Shown: one piece after another, positions 1-10,008 of the stretch
Layout of the letters: each line of letters opens with the position of its first letter
How positions within the stretch are numbered: the stretch's first letter is position 1
Assembly: GCA_016186635.1 (NCBI GenBank)
Contig: JACPLI010000020.1
Location: 3,548 to 67,547, forward strand
Origin: Candidatus Liptonbacteria bacterium
GTDB taxonomy: Bacteria > Patescibacteriota > Minisyncoccia > UBA6257 > 2-01-FULL-56-20
Length of the DNA stretch: 64,000 nucleotides
Direction: 5' to 3'
Program-made: the position numbers and the translations under genes
The notes under the pieces: generated by a model
What the model was told of the DNA's origin: nothing
Seen by the model: only the letters and a program-made list of their open reading frames with translations
Database searches by the model: none

Positions 1-1
1 G

Positions 2-899
<898 letters not shown>

Positions 900-907
<8 letters not shown>

Positions 908-2090
908 AAAAGTATTCATCGCCATGAGCGGAGGCGTGGATTCTTCCGTGGCCGCCCTATTGCTCAAAAGAGAAAGATATGACGTGACTGGCGTGTTTAT
1001 GCGCTGTTACAACATTGATGGATGTGCGGAGCGCGATGCCGAGGACGCGCGGCGCGTGGCGGGGCGGCTGAAGATTCCCTTTTATGTGTGGGATTTTGAG
1101 AAAGAGTATAAGCGGCGAGTGGTGGAGTATATGGTGCGGGGGTACCGGCAGGGAATTACGCCGAATCCGGATGTGATGTGCAATCGAGAGATTAAGTTCG
1201 GGTTGTTTCTAAAGCGCGCATTGTTGCTGGGAGCGGATTACGTGGCGACGGGGCACTATGTCCGGCTTCGCCGCACAGCGACAAGGAACAAGGAACAAGG
1301 AACAAGGAAATCCGCCATGTCCCATGTCCCATGTCCCATGTCACTGTTCGTTGCGCGCGACAAGAACAAGGACCAATCCTACTTCCTCTGGACGCTTACG
1401 CAGGAGCAGCTGCGGCACTGCCTTTTTCCCATCGGAGATTATGTGAAGCCCGAAGTGCGGAAGATTGCCGCGCGGGTGGGATTGTCCACTGCGGATAAAA
1501 AAGATTCGCAGGGAATTTGTTTTCTGGGGAAGTTCTCGCTCAAGGATTTTTTGAGGAAGCGCATCCGCTGTAAAAAGGGAAAGGTGGTGACGACGTCCGG
1601 CGTATTTGTGGGGGAGCATGACGGGGCGGCGTTCTACACTATTGGCCAACGTCGCATTGGCGTGGCCAATCGCGGATTGTCGCTGACCGAACGCGGAACA
1701 ACGCGGAAGGACTTTAAGCCGTTCTATGTGGCAGATAAAGATATCAAGACGAATACACTCATTGTTGCGGAGGGAGAGAAAAGCCCCGCGCTGTATAAAA
1801 GGGAAGTGCTACTCAAGGATGTGAATTTTATTGACTCTCACTTTAAGCTTAAAGCTCGAAGCTTAAAGCTCCCCGTGCTTGCCCGAGTGCGCTATCGGCA
1901 GCCGCTCGTGGAAGCCGCACTCGTAATTAGTAAATCGAAATTAGTAAATAAGAAACATCATTCCTCAATTACTAATTGCCAATTACGATTTTCGAGTCCA
2001 ATAAAATTCATCGCCGGGGGCCAGTCCGCGGTGTTTTACTCTCGGAAGGGAGAACTTCTCGGGGGAGGGGTGATTACGCGCGGGGATTGA
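900..2090 (+). CDS. mnmA: tRNA-specific 2-thiouridylase MnmA
   Basis: N-terminal PP-loop MGKKVFIAMSGGVDSSVAA, NKDQSYFLW, GICFLG and C-terminal GQSAVFY are all present. The start was reset to M13 of the track ORF. It carries in-frame tandem-repeat insertions. Confidence 0.9.
1281..1342 (+). repeat. In-frame microsatellite-like tandem repeats inside mnmA: (aacaagg)x4 then (tcccatg)x3
   Basis: Read directly from the sequence. It encodes TATRNKEQGTRKSAMSHVPCPMS, which is extra relative to canonical MnmA between GHYVR and LxxxDxNKDQSYF. Confidence 0.8.
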
Positions 2091-2126
2091 CCCCCATCGC
2101 ATTTTCAGGTACACTTTACTCTCAAC

Positions 2127-2903
2127 ATGGCTGACGAAACGAAATCGGCATACCCGCAGGCGCTCGGCGCCGAGCTGAATGATGCGGCGCGCGAGATGAT
2201 TGCCGCAGGCGTATTTTACGGGAAAAAGAAGAGCAAGACGCACCCGCGCATGAAGGCGTGGGTCTTGGCGAACCGCGGGGGCATTGAGATTATCAATTTG
2301 GCGAAAACGGAAGAAGAGCTTTCGCGCGCGGCGGAGTTTGTGAAGGGGAAGGCAAAAGCGGGAGAACTTTTTCTTTTTGTGGGTACCCAGCCGGCGGCGC
2401 AGGATGCGGTGCAATCGGTCGCCGCGGAGTTTAAGATGCCGTTCGTGGTGAACCGGTGGGTGGGAGGAACGCTCACCAATTTCAAAATGATTGCCCAGCG
2501 GGTGGAATACATGAAAAAGCTCCGGACGGGTCTTGCCACGGGGATGTTCGACAAGTACACGAAGAAAGAGCGCCTTGGAATTGAGCGGGAGCTTGGGCGC
2601 CTTATAGAACTTATGGCGGGGCTTGAAGCGCTCGCGCGCGTTCCAGACGCGCTTGTCGTCATTGACCCTGTCGTGCATGAAACGGCGGTGCGCGAAGCCC
2701 TCCAGCTGGGGATTCCGGTCATTGCGCTTGCCGATACCGATGCGGACCCCGACGCAGTGACGCGCATGGTCCCGGGAAATGCGAAATCGAAGAAAAGCAT
2801 CGAATGGTTTTTGGGGAGAGTGAAGGCGGCTGTTGCGGAGGGGAAGAGTGCGGTACAATCTACCGAAGGAGTAATCGCCAATAACGCGAATGGAGGCAAA
2901 TAA
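2127..2903 (+). CDS. rpsB: 30S ribosomal protein S2
   Basis: S2 signature VVNRWVGGTLTNFKMI. The last 12 codons (VIANNANGGK*) are encoded by a family-A palindromic repeat. Confidence 0.9.
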   Translation: MADETKSAYPQALGAELNDAAREMIAAGVFYGKKKSKTHPRMKAWVLANRGGIEIINLAKTEEELSRAAEFVKGKAKAGELFLFVGTQPAAQDAVQSVAAEFKMPFVVNRWVGGTLTNFKMIAQRVEYMKKLRTGLATGMFDKYTKKERLGIERELGRLIELMAGLEALARVPDALVVIDPVVHETAVREALQLGIPVIALADTDADPDAVTRMVPGNAKSKKSIEWFLGRVKAAVAEGKSAVQSTEGVIANNANGGK

Positions 2904-2912
2904 CGCGAATAA
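2867..2912. repeat. Family-A palindromic repeat (GGAGTAATCGCSAATAACGCGAATG core), copy 1
   Basis: ggagtaatcgccaataacgcgaatggaggcaaataacgcgaat. It overlaps the rpsB stop and the tsf start. Confidence 0.8.
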
Positions 2913-3348
2913 GGATGCAGTTCAAAAATTGAGGGAGGCGACGGGCGCGGGGGTGATGGAGTGCCACCGGGCGCTCAAGGACGCCGGCGGCGATTTTGCC
3001 AAGGCGGCGGCGCTTATCGGCGAGCAGGGACTTTCCAAGGTGGAAAAGCGCGCGGGGCGGGAAACCAGCGCGGGGTTGGTGCACGCGTACGTGCACGGCG
3101 AGCGTATCGGTGTCTTGCTCCACGTTTCCGCGGAGACCGATTTTGTGGTGCGTTCGGAGCCTTTCAAGGCGCTCGCGCACGAGCTTGCAATGCACATTGC
3201 CGCGGCGGCGCCGAAGGACATCGCGGAACTTCTCGGTCAGCCCTACATCCGCGACGAGAAGAAAACGGTGAACGACCTCATCGGCGAGGTGATTGCGAAG
3301 GTGGGGGAGAATATACAGGTGAAGGAGTTTTATAGGATAGAACTTTAA
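2890..3348 (+). CDS. tsf: Elongation factor Ts, short form
   Basis: UBA-like N-terminus LREATGAGVMECHRALKDAGGDFAKAAALI. The gene sits directly downstream of rpsB. The first 6 codons lie in the family-A repeat, so the true start is uncertain. Confidence 0.8.
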   Translation: MEANNANKDAVQKLREATGAGVMECHRALKDAGGDFAKAAALIGEQGLSKVEKRAGRETSAGLVHAYVHGERIGVLLHVSAETDFVVRSEPFKALAHELAMHIAAAAPKDIAELLGQPYIRDEKKTVNDLIGEVIAKVGENIQVKEFYRIEL

Positions 3349-3438
3349 AGGAGTAATCGCTAATAACGCGAATGAAGGCAAATAACGCAAATAGGATTCG
3401 CATTATTGAATCCAAATTCGCATTATTCGCGAATACTC
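3349..3438. repeat. Family-A palindromic repeat, full two-arm copy 2
   Basis: Left arm ggagtaatcgctaataacgcgaatgaaggcaaataacgc. Right arm, inverted, ggattcgcattattgaatccaaattcgcattattcgcgaatactcc. Confidence 0.85.
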
Positions 3439-3439
3439 C

Positions 3440-3802
3440 ATGTTAGAATTTGTCCTTGCAAACATCGCAATGCTCTCCGCGGGAGTGGCGCTTTTTCTCG
3501 TTGCGCACTCACTGCCGCGCGTGGGGGAAAGTGAAACGGAGCCGAAATGGTTTCTGGAGCGGTGGGTTACGCTGGAATTTCCCGAGAAACTCGACGGGGC
3601 ATTTAACAGCTTCGCGGGAAAGTTTTTGAGGAAGCTCCGCGTGGTTATACTGAAATTCGACAACGCGGTATCCGGGACACTGAAGCGCTTCAAGAGCGAG
3701 AATGGCAACGGGAAATCGCTTGACTTTAAAGAGATGATGGGGGATAAAGGGGGGGGCGAAGCGAAGGATGAGGATGAGGGCAAGCGAAAAAAATCCAAAT
3801 AA
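3440..3802 (+). CDS. Hypothetical small membrane protein with Lys/Glu/Gly-rich tail
   Basis: 120-aa ORF with an N-terminal hydrophobic helix. It is flanked by repeat elements. No recognisable domain. Confidence 0.35.
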   Translation: MLEFVLANIAMLSAGVALFLVAHSLPRVGESETEPKWFLERWVTLEFPEKLDGAFNSFAGKFLRKLRVVILKFDNAVSGTLKRFKSENGNGKSLDFKEMMGDKGGGEAKDEDEGKRKKSK

Positions 3803-3882
3803 TATGCATACGCTCGTCTATACAATCCCGCTCCGCCAGCCGGCGGACAGCGGGACCTCATAGAAGCAGTTCTTTGGGAAGA

Positions 3883-3992
3883 GGAGTAATCGCTCGTACC
3901 GCGAATGAAGGCAAATCTGCCTGTCGGTAGGCAAATAACGCAAGTAGGATTCGCATTATTGAATCCAAATTCGCATTATTCGCGAATACTCC
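3883..3992. repeat. Family-A palindromic repeat copy 3 with nested family-D motif
   Basis: gaggagtaatcgctcgtaccgcgaatgaaggcaaa + tctgcctgtcggtaggca + aataacgcaagtaggattcgcattattgaatccaaattcgcattattcgcgaatactcc. Confidence 0.8.
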
Positions 3993-3998
3993 CTATAT

Positions 3999-4083
3999 GC
4001 GCAGGTGGTAGAGCGGCCAATTACACGACGCTGTAAACGTCGCGCCCTTTCGGGCTACGGGGGTTCGAATCCCTCCCTGCGCA
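3999..4083 (+). tRNA. tRNA-Tyr (anticodon GTA) with long variable arm, no encoded CCA
   Basis: Hand-folded. Acceptor gcgcagg/cctgcgc, D-stem gtag/ttac, anticodon stem cgacg/cgtcg with loop ctGTAaa, variable arm gccc-ttt-c-gggc, T-arm ggggg-ttcgaat-ccctc, discriminator A. Confidence 0.8.
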
Positions 4084-4193
4084 CACTAAACCCCCGACCC
4101 CCGTCTGGGACACCTTCTGGTTTCCCACCCGCCCCGCTTCACCGCGGGGCTCCTTCCAACACGGGGGTTTAGTTCGCTTTGCTCCGCAAAGCG

Positions 4194-4214
4194 GCGCAGG
4201 GAGGGATTCGAACC
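4194..4214 (-). repeat. Inverted 21-nt copy of the tRNA-Tyr 3' end (T-arm plus acceptor)
   Basis: gcgcagggagggattcgaacc is the exact reverse complement of tRNA positions 4062-4082. No 5' half follows. It sits inside a nest of long hairpins, for example ctaaacccccg...cgggggtttag. Confidence 0.7.
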
Positions 4215-4307
4215 GAAGGAGGGGTTTGGAGGAGGGCATGAAATGTCATAATTGGGACGATCGCCCCAATTATGACATTACAAGAGCAGAAACTACCCGT
4301 TAGAGAT

Positions 4308-4390
4308 GTCATTCCCATGAAAATGGGAATCCAGGGTATTGCAACAAAGCCATATTCTGGATCCCCGCGTGCGCGAGGATGACAGGACGT
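4308..4390. repeat. Family-E MITE-like element (TIR gtcattccc ... gggaatgac), copy 1
   Basis: gtcattcccatgaaaatgggaatccagggtattgcaacaaagccatattctggatccccgcgtgcgcgaggatgacagg. The same architecture appears at 17278 and 38513. Confidence 0.65.
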
Positions 4391-4500
4391 CATGAGAAAA
4401 CCCAGCCTTCTGTGCTCACTGCATAGTCATCTTTTGTTATCTACGAGCGCGGCGAGCATTAATGGGAAATTTGCCATGCCATGCTCAAGCTGATAGCATC

Positions 4501-7272
4501 ATGAATATGCCTAAAATCACAAAACTTTTCGCTCTCGCCGCAATTTTTGCCGCTCTGTTTTTTCTGCCCGGCATTACCGGCCTTATTACCGACTGGTGGT
4601 GGTTTACGGAAGTGAGCCATTCCCAGATTTTTGTAAAAATGCTGGTCACGAAACTAACGCTGTTTGGAACTGTCGGCTTGTTCGCCGCCGTTTTCTTGCT
4701 TGCCAGTTTCCGTCTGGCGCTTCGCTCAAAAACTTCCTGGACGGCAGTGCTGCCGGCGGGCATAACCGGCCAGGAGGTGAATATAGCCGACCGTATCGTG
4801 AAAAAAGTCGTTGTGGCGGTGAGCGTGGTCATCGCGCTCTTTTTCGGGCTTGCCGCCGCCGGCAATTGGCAGGAAACGCTGAAATTTATTTCTGGCGTGC
4901 CGTTTGGCGCAGTGGACCCCATCTTCGGTAAAGATGTCGGCTTTTACCTGTTCACCCTTCCCGTTGTTCAGATGGGGTTGGGGATGCTGCAATTTCTCAT
5001 TCTCACATCGCTCGCCGGCGCCGCAGTCCTTTACTTTTTTCAAGGACGACTTCGCTTTTTAAGCCGGCGCGCCGACCCGCACACCTCGCCGGCGAGTGGA
5101 GACGAAACTGGCGCCCAATCGTTTGAGCGGTTGCAAGTGGACCGCGCGGCAAGAATGCATCTCGGCGTTTTGCTCGCGATGCTTCTCGCGGGCATTGCCG
5201 TCGGCGCCTATCTTTCTCGTTTTGCGCTGCTTACGGGCCCGGGCGGCCTAGTATTCGGCGCGACGTACACAGACGTCGCCGTGAGAATGCCGATGCTGTG
5301 GATTTCGGCGGCCATCGCACTTGTTGCGGCGGTTTTCGCCGCCCTTTGGGCGTGGAAAGGGAAATTATCGCCACTCATTGCGGCGATAACTTTATATGTT
5401 GTTATAGAGTTCGCCGGAGCAGTGGTTCCGTCTCTTGTCCAAAAAGTGGCGGTTGCCCCCAACGAGCTGGTAAAAGAAACGCCGTTCATTCAGCATAATA
5501 TTGCCGCTACCCGCCGGGGATTCGCGCTTGATGCGATTGAGGAGCGCAACATCTCGGGAGATGCGCCCATCACCAGCGCCGACATCGCGGCCAACAATCT
5601 TACGGTTAAAAACGTGCGGCTTTGGGACAGGAGCCCTCTTTTGTCGACTTTTTCGCAGGTGCAGGAAATCAGAACGTATTACGAGTTTGCCGAAGTTGAT
5701 AATGACCGGTACATCATAGACGGAGAGATCCGCCAGATTATGCTTTCCCCCCGGGAGCTGTCTTCGGCGAGTTTGCCGAACAGGAATTGGATCAATGAAC
5801 GTTTGACCTTTACGCACGGGTACGGCGTGGCGGCTGGACCGGTGAATCAAGTTACTCCGGAAGGACTTCCGGTTTTGTTTGTGAAAGATTTGCCGCCCAA
5901 ATCGGACGCGGAAGAGCTTGCAATTTCTCGCCCCGAAATCTACTTCGGCGAACTTTCGAACGATTATGTCGTTGTCAAAACAAAATCCCGCGAGTTCGAT
6001 TATCCCAAAGGCGAGGAAAATATTTATGCAACATACGAGGGCGCGGGAGGAGTAGAGATTAACTCTTTTTTGAGGCGCGCGTTGTACGCGATAAAGTTTC
6101 AATCGCTGAAACTGTTTTTATCGAACGACATAACCAGCGAGAGCAGGATTCTCTACCACCGCACCATCGCCGAGAGAGTCGCCAAAATTGCGCCGTTTCT
6201 GGCGTTTGATAGGGATCCCTATATCGCCATTGCCGACGGCAAAGTGTATTGGATCGCCGATGCCTATACCACCAGTAACCGCTACCCGTATTCGGAACTC
6301 GTGCGATTGAATGGCGATACCGTAAACTATATCAGGAACTCGGTAAAAATAGTGGTTGATGCGTATGACGGCAGCGTCGTTTTCTACCAGGCGGATATCG
6401 AGGACCCCATCATACGCACCTATAGCGCGATTTTTCCCGGAACATTCCGGCCGATGTCGGAGATTCCCGAAAGCCTGGTTCCTCATTTGCGCTACCCTGA
6501 AGACATCTTCACCCTGCAGACCGCCGCGTACTCCGTCTATCATATGGACGATGCGCAGATTTTTTACAACAAAGAAGACCAGTGGGAAATTCCGGCTATT
6601 GCGGCAGAAGGAGAAGGGGTGTCTGCGGGCGGAGTTCCGCAAATGTCGCCCCGGCACATCATTATGAAGCTGCCGGACGAGAAAAAAGAGGAATATGTCT
6701 TGATGCTGCCCTTTACCCCCCGGGCAAAAGACAATCTATCCGCGTGGATGGTTGCCCGCAACGATGGAGAGCGCTACGGCAAGTTGCTGGTGTACCGCTT
6801 TCCTAAAGACAAACTTGTGTTCGGACCAAAACAAGTTATCGGCAGAATCAATCAGGACACCGAGATCAGCCAGCAGATTACGCTATGGAGCCAAGGCGGG
6901 TCGCAGGTAATCCAAGGCACGCTGTTGGTTATTCCGATTGAAGAATCGCTCTTGTATGTGCGTCCACTCTATCTTAAGGCCGAATCCGGAAAAATTCCCG
7001 AGTTAAAGCGGGTGGTGGTGGCGTACGAAAATAAAATAGCCATGGCGGAAACGTTAGAGGAAGGATTGATGAGAATCTTTGGCGGCGCGGCAGGAGCACG
7101 GCCGCAGGGCATTACGACGGCAAGGCCGCAAGCGGCGCCTTCTCAAAGCTTTCAGGGGCGCATACAAAGAGCCGCCGCTGCGTACGAAGAGGCGCTCCGT
7201 GCGCAAAGGGATGGCGACTGGGCGCGCTATGGCGAAGCGATAAAACGGCTGGGAAATATCTTGAAGCAATAG
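4501..7272 (+). CDS. UPF0182 family membrane protein
   Basis: ~920 aa with an N-terminal block of TM helices and a large extracytoplasmic domain. Motifs are typical of the UPF0182 (YybT-unrelated) family found in Actinobacteria and CPR. Start at M14 of the ORF. Confidence 0.8.
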   Translation: MNMPKITKLFALAAIFAALFFLPGITGLITDWWWFTEVSHSQIFVKMLVTKLTLFGTVGLFAAVFLLASFRLALRSKTSWTAVLPAGITGQEVNIADRIVKKVVVAVSVVIALFFGLAAAGNWQETLKFISGVPFGAVDPIFGKDVGFYLFTLPVVQMGLGMLQFLILTSLAGAAVLYFFQGRLRFLSRRADPHTSPASGDETGAQSFERLQVDRAARMHLGVLLAMLLAGIAVGAYLSRFALLTGPGGLVFGATYTDVAVRMPMLWISAAIALVAAVFAALWAWKGKLSPLIAAITLYVVIEFAGAVVPSLVQKVAVAPNELVKETPFIQHNIAATRRGFALDAIEERNISGDAPITSADIAANNLTVKNVRLWDRSPLLSTFSQVQEIRTYYEFAEVDNDRYIIDGEIRQIMLSPRELSSASLPNRNWINERLTFTHGYGVAAGPVNQVTPEGLPVLFVKDLPPKSDAEELAISRPEIYFGELSNDYVVVKTKSREFDYPKGEENIYATYEGAGGVEINSFLRRALYAIKFQSLKLFLSNDITSESRILYHRTIAERVAKIAPFLAFDRDPYIAIADGKVYWIADAYTTSNRYPYSELVRLNGDTVNYIRNSVKIVVDAYDGSVVFYQADIEDPIIRTYSAIFPGTFRPMSEIPESLVPHLRYPEDIFTLQTAAYSVYHMDDAQIFYNKEDQWEIPAIAAEGEGVSAGGVPQMSPRHIIMKLPDEKKEEYVLMLPFTPRAKDNLSAWMVARNDGERYGKLLVYRFPKDKLVFGPKQVIGRINQDTEISQQITLWSQGGSQVIQGTLLVIPIEESLLYVRPLYLKAESGKIPELKRVVVAYENKIAMAETLEEGLMRIFGGAAGARPQGITTARPQAAPSQSFQGRIQRAAAAYEEALRAQRDGDWARYGEAIKRLGNILKQ

Positions 7273-7307
7273 ATAATGGAAGAATATGGGGAAAAACGGC
7301 GGGACGC

Positions 7308-7538
7308 CTACTTTTTCACCGCGCAGAACCTTCTTACAATTTCGTTTTCGTAAGAATCGCCCGTGCAGTACTTCGCGCGGAGTTCCTTTTCCAGGGCTTC
7401 TGCGTGGGCTTGCTTCAGCGCGGCGGCTTGCTCGATGGGGACAATCACCACGTAATACCACAACGCGAACACCCCGAGCGTCAGCACTACCATTATGGCT
7501 GCCACTCCAAGCAATCTCCTCACCGAGATAGGTTCCAT
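7308..7538 (-). CDS. Hypothetical small membrane protein (76 aa)
   Basis: MEPISVRRLLGVAAIMVVLTLGVFALWYYVVIV... has one TM helix and an RBS (aggaaagga) upstream. The rest of the 197-aa minus ORF is an N-terminal read-through. Confidence 0.4.
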   Translation of the reverse strand: MEPISVRRLLGVAAIMVVLTLGVFALWYYVVIVPIEQAAALKQAHAEALEKELRAKYCTGDSYENEIVRRFCAVKK

Positions 7539-7590
7539 TTCCTTTCCTGTAACTATAGCAAACTTGCCCGGCGGGAGGTACAATGGCGGT

Positions 7591-8082
7591 ATGCAGGAAT
7601 ATGCGGGCGAGGCGGTTGTCTTGCGGCGGGAGCCGCACGGCGAGCAGGACAGCCGCGTATCGCTCTTTACGAAGCGGTATGGCAAACTGACCGCGAAGGC
7701 GAAGAGCGCCCGGAAAATCACCTCCAAACTCTCGCCGCATCTTGAGCCGGGGCTCGTGACAGACATCCGGCTCGTGGAGAAGAACGATATGCTTGTGACG
7801 GACGCCTTGAAGCGGGAGAAGCTCGCGCTCCCGCCTTCCACGCTTTTCTCTCTTGACCGAGTGCTCGCGGAAGCGGTTCCCGAAGAAGAACTGTGGAGCA
7901 TGATTCGAAACGGGGATTTTTCATGGCGTGCAGCGCTTGGCGAATTAGGGTGGGACCCGCGGGAAGCCGCGTGCGCGGTATGCGCCGCTTCGCCCGAGGC
8001 GTTTCACGCGGGACGGCAGGAATTTTTTTGTTCTTCGTGTGCGATGAAGATGAAAGTAGGAGACCTCATCGTGTTAGGATAA
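7591..8082 (+). CDS. recO: DNA repair protein RecO (short form)
   Basis: OB-fold N-terminus AVVLRREPHGEQDSRVSLFTKRYGKL and a C-terminal Zn finger CAVCAAS...FFCSSCA. Confidence 0.75.
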   Translation: MQEYAGEAVVLRREPHGEQDSRVSLFTKRYGKLTAKAKSARKITSKLSPHLEPGLVTDIRLVEKNDMLVTDALKREKLALPPSTLFSLDRVLAEAVPEEELWSMIRNGDFSWRAALGELGWDPREAACAVCAASPEAFHAGRQEFFCSSCAMKMKVGDLIVLG

Positions 8083-8115
8083 TTAGGTCAATTAGAGCAA
8101 TTAGAGATTTCTTCA

Positions 8116-9903
8116 ATGTCTACTTCTCCTTGGTCTGCGGATGAGGGGCTCGAGGCGCGTTCACCCCAGCCGCCGCGCTCGTACCTTTGGAGGGCGCTCC
8201 TCGGCGCGCTCGTGGCGCTTGGCATCGGGGCAGGCGTCTACGGGTATGTGCTTTTCAACCAGCCGCCGGACGCGAAAGTGTCGGTGGTGTTCGAAACGCC
8301 TCCCCAGCCGCTCCTCGGGGAACCGTTCTTGCTTTTTCTTTCGGTCGCCAACCAGTCGGACAATGTACTCCACGATGCGAAGCTTTCCATTTTCCTCCCG
8401 CAAGACGTCGCGTTCGTTGGGGAGTGGAGCGGGGAGCGGGTGCACGATGAATTGCTGGGAACGCTCGGGCCTGGGAGCGTGATGCAGCGGACCATGAATG
8501 TGGTGGCAAGCGGCCAGGCGAAGACAGTGCGGGAAATCCGGGCGAAGTTTGTCTACACGATTACCCCCGAGGGGCGCGTGCAGTTTGAGCGGAATACGAA
8601 CGCGACCGTGCAGATAGGCGAGCCCGCAATCACGCTCTCGCTCGAGACTCCCCAGCAGGCGGTGAATGGAGAGCCGTTCACCGTGAATGTGAAGTACAAA
8701 AACGTGAGCACGCAGGACTTTCGGAACGTGCGGCTCGGCGTTACGCGCCCGGGCATCTTCCAATTCCGGAAAGCGAGTCTTGAACCCGCCTCGCGCGCGA
8801 ACGATTCTTGGAATCTTGGTGCGCTCAAGGCGGGTGCCGAGGGGCAGATTGCAATCGAGGGCGTTGTCGTGGGACCGGAGGGGTCGTTTTTCACGGTCGC
8901 GGCAAGCGTCAGCGCGGATTTCCTCGGCGAGTCGAAGGAGCTTGCGAATCAAAGCGCGTCGCTTACGATTGCCACGTCGCCGCTCTCACTTTCCGTCTCG
9001 GCAAACGGCAGCCAGGAGTACGTCGCAGGAATCGGCGATTCGCTCCAGTACGTCATTACATACCGGAACAATTCCGCGGCGGTATTCCGCGGCATCGCGG
9101 TGCGCGCGCGCCTTATCGGGGGGCTTTTCGATTATTCCACGCTAAGCTCGCAGGGGTCCTTTAATTCGCTCTCAAACACGCTCACGTGGATTGCCGCGAA
9201 CGCGCCCGAATTGGAAAGCCTGGGACCAGGGGAAGAGCGGACGCTCAATTTCAGTATCCGGTTGAAACCCGCGTTTCCCATCAGCCGCGCGAGCGACAAG
9301 AACTATACGCTCAAAGTTGAGGCACGGGTGGAGTCACCCACGGTCCCGAGCGGAATTGCCGCAGAGCGCACCGTGTCGGTCGCTTCGCTTGAGACGAAAG
9401 TGCGAGGCGCGGTTGCGCTTCACACGAAAGCGTTGTGGCGGGACGCGGCGTGGGGATTCCTGAACGAGGGTCCTTACCCTCCGAGGATGAATCAGCCGAC
9501 GCAGTACACCATCCATTGGAGCATCACGAACTATGCGACGGATATTGGTTCGGTGCACATGGAGACGTTTCTGCAGTCGGGCGCGAAATTTTTAGGCAAA
9601 GCGAAGAGTACGGTGGCTACGCTTCCCCAGTACGACGCCGCGACAGGGCGCGTGACGTGGGACATTCCCACCATTGCGGCGACGCGGGGAGTGGTGGGCG
9701 CGCCGGTTGAGGGCGTGTTCCAGATAGAGGTTACGCCCGCGGTAACGCATGTGGGGAACAACGTGGTGCTTACGAACAGCACGCGACTGCAGGCGAGCGA
9801 CTTGTTCACCGGCGTGGCGCTTGAGAGTGTCGCGCCGGCGCTCACCACCGCGCTTCCGGAAGACCCCACCATTCAAGTTCCAGACAGGAGGGTGCAGCCG
9901 TAA
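8116..9903 (+). CDS. Membrane-anchored surface protein with repeated DUF11-like beta-sandwich domains
   Basis: N-terminal TM (LLGALVALGIGAGVYGYVLF) followed by several ~100-aa repeats with alternating hydrophobic patterns and no Cys. Confidence 0.65.
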   Translation: MSTSPWSADEGLEARSPQPPRSYLWRALLGALVALGIGAGVYGYVLFNQPPDAKVSVVFETPPQPLLGEPFLLFLSVANQSDNVLHDAKLSIFLPQDVAFVGEWSGERVHDELLGTLGPGSVMQRTMNVVASGQAKTVREIRAKFVYTITPEGRVQFERNTNATVQIGEPAITLSLETPQQAVNGEPFTVNVKYKNVSTQDFRNVRLGVTRPGIFQFRKASLEPASRANDSWNLGALKAGAEGQIAIEGVVVGPEGSFFTVAASVSADFLGESKELANQSASLTIATSPLSLSVSANGSQEYVAGIGDSLQYVITYRNNSAAVFRGIAVRARLIGGLFDYSTLSSQGSFNSLSNTLTWIAANAPELESLGPGEERTLNFSIRLKPAFPISRASDKNYTLKVEARVESPTVPSGIAAERTVSVASLETKVRGAVALHTKALWRDAAWGFLNEGPYPPRMNQPTQYTIHWSITNYATDIGSVHMETFLQSGAKFLGKAKSTVATLPQYDAATGRVTWDIPTIAATRGVVGAPVEGVFQIEVTPAVTHVGNNVVLTNSTRLQASDLFTGVALESVAPALTTALPEDPTIQVPDRRVQP

Positions 9904-10008
9904 CTGCGGCCCATTAATAGGAGAATTTATGGTTCCTATACCCGCATTTACCCATTCGTGCGAATGTGTCCATTGATGGTGACAGGGATATTGTGTAGAA
10001 TCAAGAAA

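Noticed and set aside
4194-4214. Second tRNA on the minus strand (T-loop GGTTCGAATCC match).
   Set aside because: Only the last 21 nt of tRNA-Tyr are present, inverted. No D-arm, anticodon arm or acceptor 5' strand follows.
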